A stretch of 64,000 nucleotides of DNA, from the NCBI RefSeq assembly GCF_009914755.1, contig NC_060929.1. The stretch is one strand, 5' to 3'. Below the pieces are notes generated by a model that made no database searches, was not told where the DNA came from, and saw only the letters and a program-made list of their open reading frames with translations. This stretch comes from the human T2T-CHM13v2.0 reference genome, Homo sapiens. Positions 1-14,923 of the stretch are shown here, in pieces (position 1 is the stretch's first letter; each line of letters begins with the position of its first letter). A program made the position numbers and the translations under genes.

Positions 1-189
1 AAACTGCCAAACTCATGTAAAAATCATTTATCAGGTTTTATGAGATTTATGAAGTATCTCATAAATCATTTGGGCTGTAGATAGTTCTTTATGTGCATCT
101 CACATTGTGTGTGTATGAGAGAGAGTTTGAGTGATTATCTGTCAATGGAGAGAAGTAAGCTAATGACAGATGAGCAAGTAACCACTTAG

Positions 190-650
190 ATGACCTCTCC
201 ACAATCATTTCCACCTCCTGCTTTTTATGCCCTTGAGTGTGGGCCAGACTGAATGGCTAGCTACTAATGAATTAAATACAGCACACCTGGTGGAAATTGC
301 CATGGTTAGGTTACAAAAAGACTGCAGCTTCTGTCTCGGGCATTCTCTTGTTCTCTCCAGGAGTGCTCTCTCTGTCCCTTTGGATGGTTCACTGTGGAGG
401 AAGCCAATTGCCATTTCCTGAAGCCTCCCTGTGGACAGGTCAATGTGAGGAAGTTTGGAAGAAGACCTACTCTCAATGTAACTTTGAGATGACTATGGGT
501 CTGGCCAACCACTTGACTGCAACCTCATAAGAGGCTTTCAAAGATCTAGCTAAGCCATGTCCCTACCCCTGACCCACAGATACTGTAAAATAAACATTTG
601 TTGTTTCAAGCTGCTAAGTTTGTAATTTTTTACACAGTAATTGATGATAT
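190..650 (+). mobile_element. MaLR LTR, MLT1E/F-like (degenerate)
   Basis: Characteristic MLT1 3' blocks: GACTGCAACCTCAT...AGCTAAGCCATG...CTGACCCACAGA...AATAAACATTTGTTGTTTCAAGCTGCTAAGTTTG. Boundaries approximate. Confidence 0.7.
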
Positions 651-835
651 GTATTACTAATTATATATATGTAACAAATATATACTTACAGCACAATTCA
701 AACTTCAAAACCAACAATTTATGAACAGTTCCTAATAGTCTTTGTATCCAAAGCACTCTATTTAAAACAACGTGAATAAAAGAAAAATGATTATCTTAGA
801 AAAAACATGACACATTCAGAATGAGGTAATTTCCA

Positions 836-1269
<434 letters not shown>

Positions 1270-1559
1270 TTAGTAAACTTGGATATTAGCCATAACTCCA
1301 TTCTAAACCAGCTGTGTGACTTTGCCTATGTGGTTTAATGCTACTACAGTCATTAAATCTAGTCATTTGTTCTTGTACTGACACTGTATCTGCTGATTTC
1401 TTCTGGATGAGGCATCAAAACTTCCTAGAAGTTAAAAGGACTATGACATAAAGTACCATGTATAGCAATGAGGAATTAAAAAAAAATGAAGCCAGATGAG
1501 AAATCATGACACATGATTAAAATGTTTTTACTACAATTTCCTTAGAGTTGGAATAGAGC

Positions 1560-2165
1560 CTACAAATTGGTAGGAAGTATATGGAGGCTCACACACAAAT
1601 AGATTGAAATCATAAAAAAGCCACAGAAATATAAATTTGAAATGTGAAAAATGTTAAAACCTAATTAATAAAGAAATGCAAATTAACCAATAAAATATGT
1701 TTAAGGGACACCCTATCAAGTTGGTAATGATAAAGAAGAAAACTAAATATTGGTGAAGTTGTAGTAACATGAACGCAGTAACAGGTTTCTTGGGAGCAAG
1801 GAATTTGTAGAGAGCTATCTGGCAACACGCATCAACTACCATAAAAAGTTGAACACTTTGATTCCTGACACCCACATCTAGAAATGTTTTCTAATAAAAT
1901 AATATGAGATGTAGTCAAATATTTATGTAGAGAGATATCATGAGAGTCTAATTAATAATAAATAAAAGCAAGGAAGGAAGAAGCCATCTTAATATCCATC
2001 CTGGGAATGACATAGCAAAACACAACAAAACCATACCATGAAAAATACCAAAAACAAGCCACACATACACATACACAAAAACTATGTAATAGTAATAGAA
2101 ATAGTAATAGTACAGCTTAAAAACTATATAATATTTTAAAAGTCTATATGATAGAAATAATAATA
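1560..2165 (+). mobile_element. Old L1 (L1M/L1ME-type) ORF2-end/3'UTR fragment
   Basis: AAGAAATGCAAATTAA...TATTGGTGAAGTTGTAG...CACATCTAGAAAT resembles degenerate L1 3' region; A-rich strand bias. Confidence 0.55.
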
Positions 2166-2171
2166 GCATAT

Positions 2172-2330
2172 AAAAATTTCTGTGGCGTGGTGGTGTGTGC
2201 CCTTAATCCCATCTACTTAAGAGGCTGAGGCAGGAAGACTGCTTAAGCCTAGGACTTCAAGCCTGCAGTGATCTATGATCGCACCACTGCCCTCCAGCCT
2301 GAGTGAAAGAGTGAGACCCATATCTAAAAA
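2172..2330 (+). mobile_element. Alu monomer (FRAM or AluJ right arm)
   Basis: GGCGTGGTGGTGTGTGCC...GAGGCTGAGGCAGGAAGA...GCCTGCAGTGATCTATGATCGCACCACTGC...GTGAGACCC and short A tail; no left arm. Confidence 0.85.
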
Positions 2331-2769
2331 TTGTTTGTAAAGTTTATGCCTCTTATAATGTTAAGTAAAAATGATAGCATATGAAAATATTAAACAAGTT
2401 TCTAATTTTATATACAGTGAGATCCTAAAAATTTAATTTTTATGTTTATATCATGTTATCTGTATAACCTGAAAAACAATGTTTCCAGTAAATGAATGTA
2501 GATACATTTTTTTTCTGTCTTTCCTTTGACTCCATATCAGAAGATTTTACGAAGAGAGCTCTTGGTGAATTTATTACTTAGTTTGATTCTTACACATCTT
2601 TTTACTTCTCTGAAGTTAGTATTAGTCAAGACTTAACACTTACCTTGTATCCGCATGCACACACCTCCTTAGATAAAATTTTTCACTACACTAATTTTTT
2701 AAAAGCTACAATAGTTCTGAAAATTAGAATGCATAATTTAATAGGGAAAGAAATGAAAATAAGCCATAA

Positions 2770-3100
<331 letters not shown>

Positions 3101-4139
3101 ACATCCTTCAATTTTTACAGGAAAAAGTATTAGGCAAAGAATTGGCTAAAAGCCATCTACAAAACATTTTAATGAATTATGATTTGGGAGGAGGAAATAA
3201 GGTGTGGATTATTTGTTGCTTGTAATGTATATAAAATGTATTAATATGTATTTGTGGATTGTTAGAGTAAAACTTACCCAGAAACCTTATTGCTACTTTC
3301 ACCATTTTGGTCTCAGTGATAACTCTTGACTTTGACCAAGAAAAATGTCTTATTTTGAAATTTAAATTTCTAGTTCAATAGAAGTAAATAAATTCTTTAG
3401 CCACTGAATTTAAGAAGCAGATGGAAGTGGCAGATGACGTGATCCTGTCTTCATCTCCAGAAGGCTAGAATCACTTCATTAACCTTGGATAATGTTTTTT
3501 CCTGTTCAAAGCAAGTGAAATATTAATGGAGAAAGAAGAAGGCAGGTCTGTGCCAGATTTTCTGAAACAAGATATGAAGGCTGCTATCAGTAAGTAGACA
3601 CATGGCCATCTATCAGTTTGGGGGCCACTAAGAATTATAAAAGAATGAGATTATTATAATTGTTGGAAAGTAACAACAACAATAATAACTACAAAAAGTG
3701 GGATGACATTCTCAAGAAAAATGAAGAAAAAGGGGAAAAGAAGAGAGATAGAGAAATTTCATGTATTTAAAATGAAAACATGCAAGTGCTTCTTGAAAGA
3801 ATCAAAGTGGCCACAAAGGTATTTACTGATTTCCTTTCTGGTCAGGCCTTCTCATGAATGGATGAGGTCATAATGAATTCACATTTAAATGATGTCTTTT
3901 TTGGTTTGCTAAAACCAGGATGTTATCCATCCAGATAGGGTTCATACCCAATAAGAAAGATTTCACTTTTTAAAAAATACAGTTTACTTGTGGGGATGAA
4001 CATCCTAGGACACTGAAGAATGAAGAAATTCAGGATATATTCTGAGATGCACACATGATAATATATTCTTACAAGTTATTCTAAGCATAAATCACACATT
4101 CACACAATTTAATTGTTGAGCAGAACTTATCTAACCTGT

Positions 4140-4255
4140 TGTCTTTGTCCATTTTATGTTGCTGTAACAGAATACCACATACACCAAAGAAGTTGATTTT
4201 TTACAGTTCTGGAGGCTGAGAAGTCCAAGGTCAAGGGGCTTGCAGCTGGTGAGGA
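4140..4255 (-). mobile_element. MaLR LTR fragment (MST/MLT1-like)
   Basis: TGTCTTTGTCCATTTTATGTTGCTGTAACAGAATACCAC...ACAGTTCTGGAGGCTGAGAAGTCCAAGGTCAAGGGG. Confidence 0.7.
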
Positions 4256-4429
4256 TTTGGAGTGAAAACTTCTTGAAGGCATAGATTAGCTCATTCATTT
4301 TTGCATCCTAATAGAACTTATCACCTTGCATTCTAATACTTATGTCCAAACTGTTAATAATTACACAATAGACAATGGAACACCCTACATCATGAAAGTC
4401 ATTTATTTTGCCTTAGCTGCAGTTCATTC

Positions 4430-4605
4430 TTCCATCCAGGCACTTATCACATTATATTGTAAATATCCCCTTATTTGTCTCTTTCTTCCCACTGGATTGG
4501 AAACTTATTAAAAGCAAAAAGCCTCCCATCTTTGTATTTTTAACACATAGCCCACAGCATCCTGCTAATGGCCTCCCAGTAAATATGTAATTAATGAATT
4601 AATAT
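4430..4605 (+). mobile_element. L2 3' end fragment
   Basis: Ends ...CAGTAAATATGTAATTAATGAATTAAT, a degenerate L2 3' terminus. Confidence 0.55.
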
Positions 4606-4810
4606 TTGGAATCTGTTCTTGTAGATTTCTTTATTTGTCAGTGCTTTGCTTCCCAAATAAATCTTTTTATATCAACGTCCAAATTACTTTACAAAGCTTG
4701 GGATTTAACTAATGTTTTTACTATAAAGCACAATGTTTCTACCTATACAATATTCAGTAAGTTTGGGTCAGAGTCATGTGGATGTCAAGGTGTTATGAAA
4801 AATCTACACT

Positions 4811-5107
4811 TTCTTTTTAGAGGCAGAGTCTCACTCTGTTCACCCAGGCAGGGTGCAGTGGTGCAATCTTGGCTGACTGCAGCCTTGACTTTTTTAGTTC
4901 AACCAATCCTCCTGCCTCAGCCTCCGTAGTAACTAGGACTACAGGCATGCACAACCACACTCTGCCAATGTATTCTATTTCATTTTTTGTAAAGATGGCA
5001 TCTCACTATGTTGCTCAGGCTAGTCTAGAACTCCTGACCACAAGCAATCCTCTAGCCTCAGCCTCTCAAAGTGCTAGAGTTACAGGTATAAGCCACCATG
5101 CCTGGCC
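4811..5107 (-). mobile_element. AluJ, full length
   Basis: AluJ diagnostics (CTGCAGCCTTGAC, TCTCACTATGTTGCTCAGGCT, CAAGCAATCCTC). Confidence 0.9.
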
Positions 5108-5312
5108 CTGCACTCTCCAATATGGTATCCACTATCCATATATGGATGTGTACATTTAGAATTAAATAAATTCAATTTAAAATTCAGTTCCTCAGTCACA
5201 CATTTCAAGTGCTCAATAGCCACATGTAACTAGTGGCTACACTATTTGGATGGCATAGATTATAGAACATTTTGCCCATAGAATAGGTAGAAGCTTCTAT
5301 TGGAAAGTACTA
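5108..5312. mobile_element. MER3-like hAT-Charlie MITE
   Basis: AAAATTCAGTTCCTCAGTCACA...CATTTCAAGTGCTCAATAGCCACATGT...CTAGTGGCTAC...TTCTATTGGA core. Confidence 0.8.
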
Positions 5313-5323
5313 TCATGGCATAG

Positions 5324-5578
<255 letters not shown>

Positions 5579-6177
5579 TCCCAGCTTTTACAGAGTGGAC
5601 CATTCAATTCTAAGTTGGGTCTGGGCATTGGTACTGCCAACTGACAACAGTCCCCAAACAATAAACCTCTTTTGTCAACAAGGTGGCCAGTGAGCTTGCA
5701 CAACTCAGTCCACCGCCCCTACCCTCCCTCAGAGATCTGATTCAGGAAGCCCCAGATGGGGGCAGAGGTGAGGTTTGCAGCATTGAGAGCCTGCAGAGAA
5801 TGATTTTTACCTTCCTTGCTTTCTGGAGGGTGGTATCACTTTTAGTAAGTTCCCTTCAGTGCATTCAGAAAACTGAGAGCTAAATCCCAAGAACAAGCCC
5901 TCCTACTTATATTCAGTGACAGAGGGAGCATAGTCAATAAATATTGGTCACAAAGAACTCACAAGTAATGTTATTTGTTCTGAATGGACTCTATTTGATG
6001 CACGTTTTTTGTGATTCAGGTTCTCCGGTGGTGTTCATTCCTGTGTAAATGCTGTGCTGTTGTACAAACTATGAGACATTCGGAATTTCGTTTACATCTT
6101 AAAGCAAACAGTGCAATATATTTCCTAGATTTTGCTGGGCCAATGTTACCTTGTAGGGTGAGTTTTGTATTAAGATA

Positions 6178-6256
6178 TTAGGTTGGTGCAAAAGTAATTG
6201 CAGTTTTGCCATTTCTTTCAATGCAAACACTGTAATTTACTTTTGCACCAACCTAA
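6178..6256. mobile_element. MADE1 (Hsmar1-derived mariner MITE), complete
   Basis: TIRs TTAGGTTGGTGCAAAAGTAA...TTACTTTTGCACCAACCTAA flanked by TA target duplication. Confidence 0.93.
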
Positions 6257-6811
6257 TATTTAAACACCAAGTGACCTCTAGTTCAACATTTAGAGTCTTA
6301 CATTGAGTGTTTCAAGATAGGAACCACCAGGCAAAAGGGCATCACTTGCCCTCTGTGTTCAAAATCTGCAAAACGACATGGAGCTTATACACTAGAGGCC
6401 AAGACATGTTCCCTTTAGTAGAGTAATTTAGCAATGAAGATCCAGTTCATACTATTTCCAAGAGGCATGTAGATAGGGCCTATCCCTTGCTGAAAACATT
6501 TTTTTAATTAGAGTAGTCCACAACTATAAAATTCCAGAAGATTTCTGGTAAATTCTGGAGTCCTGCTATGGTAAGTGAAGCCCCGTATGTAAATATAAAT
6601 GAATCATCCTGTGGTTTGTATTCATGTGTTCCCAAACAACTTTGTGTTTATTTCACTTTAACCAACACTACATTTAGATGCTATTATTAAGATAAAGACA
6701 GCATGTAATTGGAGAATGGAAATTTTACCATTGTTATCAGTCAAATAATACTTTGTTAAAAATTATAATCACTCTATTTCCTTCCTTTTTATGTTTACTA
6801 TTGCATGTGTG

Positions 6812-6813
<2 letters not shown>

Positions 6814-6853
<40 letters not shown>
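6814..6853. repeat. (TG)20 microsatellite
   Basis: Uninterrupted TG run, preceded by TGTGTGCA. Confidence 0.97.
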
Positions 6854-6857
<4 letters not shown>

Positions 6858-8237
6858 AATTGTGGCTCTCACCCTCATCTTGACTCTCTCCATTCTTGCA
6901 ATTCCATGTTCCTCTGGTTTTCTTGGAAGTAGTTTAAAATCCATATCCTTTTGGAAGTCTTCTTTGATTTACCAAGTTGCACTTCCATCAAATCCCAATT
7001 AATTTTACTAAGCTAATCTTTGTGAACAAGTGAAAGGACATTTATTGAGTTTGGTACATACATCTGTTTCTGTTTTCCATACAAGCACAGCTACCACAAG
7101 ACTTACAGGGCACAATGGAATAATAATCACAAAATATTTAAAGATATAAAAAGACCTAACAATGAGGGACATAAGCAAGTCCCTCATACAGGACATAAAC
7201 CACAAAAGCAACAAGACATGTATGGGAAAAGTGCTCTTAAGGTCATTTTAATATCATGTACAATCTCTTTCTGATTTCAATATAAGTTTAAGAACTCTTA
7301 TCTCAAATCGACGAAGGAAAGAACTAAATTTGTAAGTTATAATTTATAAAGATTATCAGGGACAATGCTAAGAAAAAAGAGAAAAGAATGAATTTGCATA
7401 CATATTCATGAATTCTTACACAGTTGTCTTTTTTAACAATGGAGCAATGAAAATACAATCTGAATAACTGGTGCTTTTTGAAAAGCTGATTGTAAATGGT
7501 CAACTGCACATTTGAATCAATTACTATGATACATGGCAAATAACAGAGAGCCCCCAAAATTGTGTGAGGCATATTTATTTCTTTTGATTTTTTTCATTTA
7601 TGAACATGAGTGCTTATTTTACTTATAATCTTCTGATTGGATTGATCAAGAAAGCCATTAAACTTGGTTGAAGAAGGTAGTCAGGAGTCTGCACAACTGG
7701 TCTTTCTTAGAGCAAAGTTACTCAGGAATAGTTTCTGAGTTCCCTCTCCTGGGCTCATAATTAGTGGCAGCAGAGAGGGAAGAACAATCTAGAAGCTGGC
7801 AGTATCAGAATGAGAGTAAGAGCACCCCAGCTCGCTCACAAACACTCCAAAAGCTAAGAATGCCCTCATGACCATGAGAATATATCTGCTTCCTATGATA
7901 AAATACCACAAATCTCAGTTTCTCTCTGCCATTGTTACTTGTAATAAACTGTATCCCACGGACCCAGTTTAGCCCCCTGATCAAAAGCATGGCTACAGAC
8001 TAATTCAGTGAATGGGCCTATGAGTTCTTGTAATGTACCTGAACATTCAGACATATTGTTTCCATTTTTGCATTGTCTGAAATCTTCTGTCAGTGTAGCA
8101 AGTGTGCCTTAACTGCTAAATAGTTTACCCCACTTAGAAAAATAACTAAGGGCATGGAACTCCCCAGCCTTCAATAAATTCTGATAGCTGTGAATGCTGT
8201 TTTCACCTTCTAATCACCAGTACAAAAAAATTCCACA

Positions 8238-8358
8238 CTCTAGACTTAAATCTTACATCAACTGTCCTTCAGAAAATTATTTAATCTTTCTGGGTCTCTA
8301 ATTTCTGATCTTTGAAATTAGAGTAGTGGTTTAAATTCCTTCCAGCTGTACATTTTAT
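8238..8358 (+). mobile_element. MIR/MIR3 fragment
   Basis: TTATTTAATCTTTCTGGGTCTCTAATTTCTGATCTTTGAAAT core and TCCTTCCAGCT tail. Confidence 0.5.
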
Positions 8359-8819
8359 TATTCTCTACTTGTATTTGATTTGTGTGACTAAATACCATCT
8401 TAGAACAGACATCTCAGTCTGTTCTGAGTGTAAACTTCCCAAAAGAAGTAATAATTCCCAATTTAAATTATACAACATCACAGCACCTAAACTGGCATCA
8501 GGCAGCCTATGAAAGTCCAGTGCATATGTAATGATGGTTCTCAAAGACAGTGGTTTCAGGATTGAACTCTTAGTTTCACTGCCCCGTTGTGTCTGCTTAG
8601 AGTCAATGTGTTGAAGTGAGGTAGCCAATGAGTCAAACAAAAACTTGGAATAATTGTGTAATGTTTTAGTCTTGAATCAGTAACTTGCTTTGTGATCTTG
8701 TACCAAATAAATATTAAGTCCGGGAAAATACGGAATTCTGATTTATCTTGTGTCAATTCAATTAGGTACACTGCTGACCACATATAGTAGTTAGGATTAT
8801 TGTTCAATAAAAGTTCATT

Positions 8820-9260
8820 CTACCTCTCCTTCCCACTCTGCTTAGAGCATATCTGCCTGCACCACTGATATTAGACTTGGCCACGAGATCTGCATTAGCC
8901 AGCAGAATGTTAGGAGACACTATGTAAGTACAGCCCTCACATGCTTGAATGACTTGGCTTGACTTTTAGACTCTAGTGATCCGACATGAGTAGAACATGT
9001 CCCAGACAGCAACTTATTTCAGACTAGAAAGGAAAACAGAAGAAAACATAAGGGGACAGAACTATATCCAACCCACAGCCTGGAAAAAAACATCCAATCT
9101 TCAGCCTGAAGCAGAGCCACCTGGCTTAATTGACTTTAGATCAGCCAAACCCCAGTTGATGCACAGATCCTGGGGCATAAGAAAGAACACTGTTTCTGTA
9201 AGCCACTTGTTTTTAGAGTGGTTTTTTATGTAGCATTATTGTGGCAATACCTGATCAACA
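8820..9260 (+). mobile_element. MaLR LTR, MLT1I/J-like
   Basis: GACTTGGCCACGAG...CAGCCTGAAGCAGAGCCACC...TAGATCAGCC...TTATGTAGCATTATTGTGGCAATACCTGA. Confidence 0.7.
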
Positions 9261-9499
9261 AAATGTGGATCTGACACAAAAATATATACTGGATCATTTA
9301 CAGGACAATAGTTATCCATCTCTCCTTTTAGTACAACTGTTAAGAACATAGGTTTCCCAAATTCCTGAACAGAACCAAGGTGTTTTAACCCAGAAACAGA
9401 CCAAGACCAAAACTGGGGAGAAAAGCCAAATCAAAAACTACTTTAGTGACAATGAAGTGCAAAAGAGATCAGAAGGCCAGAACTGATTTTATTGGCATA

Positions 9500-9860
9500 A
9501 AATAAAAACAAACACTAACTATTGATCTATTCAACAAATGGAAGAATCTCAATTTTTTTGTAAAGTAGAAGAAGCCAGCCACAATACACTACATATTTTA
9601 TTATTTCATTTATAGAATATTCTGGAAAAAGCAAAACTCCAAGGACAGATAGAAGATTAATGGTTGCCAGGGTTTGGGGGATGGAAAGGGCTAACAACAA
9701 AGAGACCACACACAAAAAAAATTTGGGAGTGATGGAACTGTTCCATATCACAAGTATGGTGGTAGATACATGGCTCTATGCATTTGTCAAAAGCCATAGA
9801 ACTGTATTCCACAAAGAAAATTTCATAGTATACAAATTAGCAATTAAAAATAACTCAACA
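9500..9860 (+). mobile_element. L1MC-type 3'UTR fragment
   Basis: ATTCTGGAAAAAGCAAAACT...ATGGTTGCCAGGGTTTGGGGG...GTGGTAGATACATGGCTCTATGCATTTGTCAAAAGCCATAGAACTGTA. Confidence 0.75.
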
Positions 9861-10389
9861 AAGTCAACAGATTGAAAAGTATTAGGCTAGCGGACCTTTA
9901 AATCTTACTTCCAGACCTAAATATTGATGTGATACATACCTCATTTTCTTTTATATCTTTTGTAAGCTGGTATTTTTGCTATGAGTGAAAAGCATTATCT
10001 AAATCTATTTTGTATACTTTTTATATGGCCATAATGAAATGTCTTCCAAAACCCACTTGCAATGCACTGCAAGCTTTATTATACTTTTATCTTCATAAAG
10101 AGCAAGCCATTGGATATTTACCGGTCCATTGTTCTCTTAGGATAGTATTTGCAGTGGGCACTTGTAGAATGCAGTTAACCATACCATGAAGCTGGCATAG
10201 AATAAAAATTTGTGTATGCACAGTCTGTCTTAAGAGCCCCTGTGTCTTTCCTTTCCAAGAGGGATTGCATCTTTTAATTTAAGATAAAACTGTAGAAAAA
10301 AACTATTTCTTGCAAAAGATGTGAGCTTTCAGATGTGACATGAGAGTGAAGGCAAAGGTTTCCCTTACTCTTTGGATACTCCTCTACAT

Positions 10390-10892
10390 GCCTTCAAGAG
10401 GCCCCAATAATTCATGCCTCCTGGTATTTGCACCCTGGTTTACCCCCTTCTTATTCTGTACGAGGGTCAGTCACTGTAACCAATAGCATTCAGGAGAAGT
10501 GATGATATGTCATTTCCAAAATCAGATTATAGAAATATTGCATCTTCCTATTTAGATGAGCACCTTCTTGCCCTTGGATCACCCACTCTGGGGGAAGCTG
10601 TGTCATGAGTAGTTCTATGATCAGGCCCATGTAGCCAGAAACAAAAACCTCCTGCCAAGAACTGCATGAGTCATCTTGGAAGTGACCCTCCCCAGTCATG
10701 ACTTCAGATGACACTGCAACCCTGCTGGCAGTCTTTACTGAAACTTCTTGAGAAATCTTGAGCCAGTACCACGTAGCTGAACTGCTGCCAGATTCTTGAC
10801 TCACAAAAACTGCAACATGGTAAGTTTTTTTTTTTTTTTCTGGTGGGGCAGGGGGTTGTTAGTTTATTAGGTAACAATAGATAACTAATACA
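10390..10892 (+). mobile_element. MaLR LTR, MLT1F-like
   Basis: CATGCCTCCTGGTATT...GGATCACCCACTCTGGGGGAAGC...CTTCAGATGACACTGCAACCC...AATAGATAACTAATACA terminus. Confidence 0.8.
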
Positions 10893-11180
10893 ATAATATA
10901 CCCTCATATAAAAAACAAATAAAAGGTCCTGGGTTGTTGGCCTTGCCATGTTGTTTCTCTTCAGTTAGTTCTACTGAGGATCCATGCCACTTGGCTAGTT
11001 TAAGTTACAGTTTTGTTTGTTTGATGAATTTGAGCTCCTTGTTGTTATTGAAGATATGGATATTCTATTTTTTAAACTGCTGTTGGTTCTGCTTTGATGG
11101 AAGATTTTGATTCCATTTGCTCATCTCCTTTTATTTTTTTTCTACATTCTTGCCACACTTTACACATTTACTTTACCATC

Positions 11181-11660
11181 TGTGGCAGATTATAGATGGC
11201 CACAAATTCTTTGAAACTTCTCCCATCTAGCTGTGGTATCTATTCACCCTCCTCTTGAATCTGGGTCTGATTATGACTGCTTTGATCAACAGAATGTGGA
11301 ACTGACACTATGCCAGTTCTAGGCAGGCCCACATATTCTCTTGAGCCCTAAGCAGTCATACAAGAGGCCCAATTACCCTTCTAGAGAGACTATATAGAGA
11401 GGAATTGAAACTATATGGAAAAGGGGAGATCCAGTTGAACCCAGCCTTCCAGTAATCCCTACCAAAATGTTGGATATCATTGAGTCTCACATTGACCTTC
11501 CTGACCAGCTTGGCCTTAGATGAATACCAAGTAACTCCTATTAATGCCATGTGGAACAAAGGAATTGCCAACTAAACACTTCCCAAATTCATAACCTAGA
11601 ATTTGTGAGATGTAATATATGGGTTTTGCTTAAGTCATCAGGTTTTATAGTATACAGATA
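11181..11660 (+). mobile_element. MaLR LTR, MLT1G/H-like
   Basis: Begins TGTGGCAGATTATAGATGGCCACAAATTCTTTG...CTCTTGAATCTGGG...GACTGCTTTGATCAACAGAATGTGG. Confidence 0.7.
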
Positions 11661-11782
11661 TATGTATTATTATTATGTATAATTATGTATTTCACAAAAA
11701 TATATAATCAGAATATTATCTATCAATTTATATATCTTTTAGTGTATATTATTGTTTTTGCATAAATTCTAATGACTTCTAA

Positions 11783-11950
<168 letters not shown>

Positions 11951-14225
11951 TAGTTACTTTAATGTTTATCCCTTATCTTCATGCTCTCAATATTTTTTCA
12001 TTGATTTCAACATCAGTTTTTATTTAAAATCACTTTTTTTCTATTAGAAAATTTATTCTCCCCTTTACTCTAAGTATTATTTATTTTTAGCCTTTAAAAA
12101 TGTTAATATCACCTACTGGTTAAAATTAGAGAACAGAGTGATACTTGAAGGAAAAAGAAAATGTTGCTATTTTTTATCTATATACTTTTATACGGTTTAA
12201 ACATTTACTATAGCATTGCATTTGTGAAGTGTTTTATACTTGAAAGGAAGAAAACAAAAGACAAAAAAAACTTCTATTTATTCTTAACTTTTTAATGTTT
12301 TAATTTCTAAATTTACATTTAGGTTTATTATCAAGTTGTGATTCTACCCTTCTTGGCAACTTATAACATTTAAATTCTGCTTTTTATCAGAATATATTTC
12401 AACTCAATCCAATAAAAACTATAATTTTGTATATTCTCAATCAATAGGGGAGATTTTGTGTTAAACAGTTAAAATAAAATTCAGTAGATAAGAAAAAATG
12501 TCAAAATATATCCAACATATATTTTATCACAATTAAAGTTGGGTCATCCAGAACATCTAAATGTTTTAATTTCTACAGCACTGAGCACTAGAGAGCCTAG
12601 ACATTTTGACCCAAAATTTCTGCTGCAGAAAAAAAAAAAAAAGAAAGAAACTGAAGACTTCCTGAAATTCTAGTACCTCAATCCAATTGGAAAAAAAATT
12701 TGCCTAATCCAATCAAGCAAGTCCTCAGTGAGTAGCAACATAAACAAACACATAAATTTAAGTCAATATTTAAGTCAATATTTTTATTAAAATGCATACT
12801 GCTAAAGCCAAGACAAAAGATATTACAGGAAACATCTTTTTCCATAAAATATGAGTTTTGGTATCTTTTTGGACTAATACTTGGAGGGCATACAAGAAAG
12901 ATGCCAAGACTTTAGCTCAGAGCCTGGAAAGGACAAGAGAGGCAGGTGTGATTTGGTCCTTGAGAAAGGATTGGTTACGGCTGCAACCAAGGGTCATCTG
13001 GTATGCTGAGTTGAGGAAAAACAGTGAATTCAGTATGGCTGCTGGCTTAAAAACGGCAAAGTACAGCCCAACCTTCTCTAACCCTAGAGACAAGGATTAG
13101 GAATATTTACCTTAATGTATATCATACAGAGCTTCTTGAAATATGAATGCTTCCTGAGAAGTGATCTTTATCATATTTCTATGGAGAAAAAACGTGGACA
13201 GAGTTTGAGTGGCTCCTCTAAAGGAAGTGGAAATGAGTCAGCACCCCTGAGATGTTGAGACTAATTACTTTACCTGACTTTCCGCTATAGGATGAAACCA
13301 ACTAGACTAGTGTTTGACTATTGACCTCCTCTGAAGAACACATGTCGATTCCCTGGGGTAATTAGACTCTATTTCCCCAAAACTTTTTGGCTGAGGTAGA
13401 GACCCAGAAATGGTAAATGGCAGGTTTGGAGGGTTGTAATCAATTTCCTGTTTCTCTGTCCACTGCTTTCTGTTGACTCTACATAATACTTCCTTGTTGA
13501 CTTCAACAGCATCCATCAGCACAGTAGTCTGTGGTTAAGAGTGAACAAAATTTCCTTTAGTTGTCTGTCTCCTCATTTGGAGCAAACAGGAGAACATTAT
13601 TATGGTCAAGATTAAGTCACCCACATAGAAAAACCTCTATTCGGAAAATTGTAAAATGCCAACACCAGTCTTAGCTTTCCCACTAGCCTGAGACAAGTTA
13701 CTTGACTTCCGTGGACATCAACTTTCCATTGTCATTCTGAGGAGACTGAAGTAAATAAGAAGTTTTTAACAAAGACTTTGTGGACTTGGAGAGGTGGTGT
13801 TGATGGAGAAGAGAGCTTCAAATACTCAGAAATGCAGTACAACTTTTAAGTTGTACTACATTTTTTTTCTGAGAATAAGCTTTAATCATTTTTACAGAGG
13901 TTTGTGACCTAAAATTGTTGAGAACTAAATATTTTTATTCTGTAAACATATATTGAACAAGGCCTTGGGTTAGGCAAAGTGGGAAACACAAAATGAGTGA
14001 GACAAGTACCCAAATCATCAAAATCAAATGTACAATATGCTACTGCCACAGAGATGAAGAGACCATAGTATTTATAGAAGTGAGAGATTATAGCTGTCTG
14101 GAGGTAGGGAAGTGAGAATGGGGGAATACTTCAAGGAAAATAGTTCAGGTCTGTGCATGTAAAGAGAGCAAAGTAGTTGATGTAAAAAGAATAATAGGAG
14201 CTAAGCATAAACTCGAAAAACACTA

Positions 14226-14543
<318 letters not shown>

Positions 14544-14797
14544 CTATGGGTGTGAGGCAACGATATGCAGTCAGACACATTTGGCTAAGATACCAGATAT
14601 GGGGAGAAAAGAAGGAGAGCAGTAAAGCATACAGCCAAGTAATGTATTTTAAAAATAAAAATAGCACCCACATGGAAACACAAAACTGGCTACGACTTAT
14701 GCTAAGTCTATGCTAGTGCTTAGATCTCAGTGGTTTTTAACTTTGTGGAAATATGTGCTTGGCTTCTGTTAATACGAAATATCCCACACCTGATGTC

Positions 14798-14818
14798 AGA
14801 TAGATGGATGTATAGATG

Positions 14819-14860
<42 letters not shown>

Positions 14861-14872
14861 CAGATAGATAGA
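14798..14872. repeat. (GATA)n tetranucleotide STR
   Basis: About 10 consecutive GATA units with GATG/GACA variant units at the flanks. Confidence 0.95.
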
Positions 14873-14923
14873 AACTTCCTTTCAACTCACAGAATTACTA
14901 TATATCTACGGATGTAATCTATG

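Noticed and set aside
7162-7187. 9-bp hairpin ATGAGGGAC/GTCCCTCAT
   Set aside because: Too short to distinguish from chance in 64 kb and has no supporting context.
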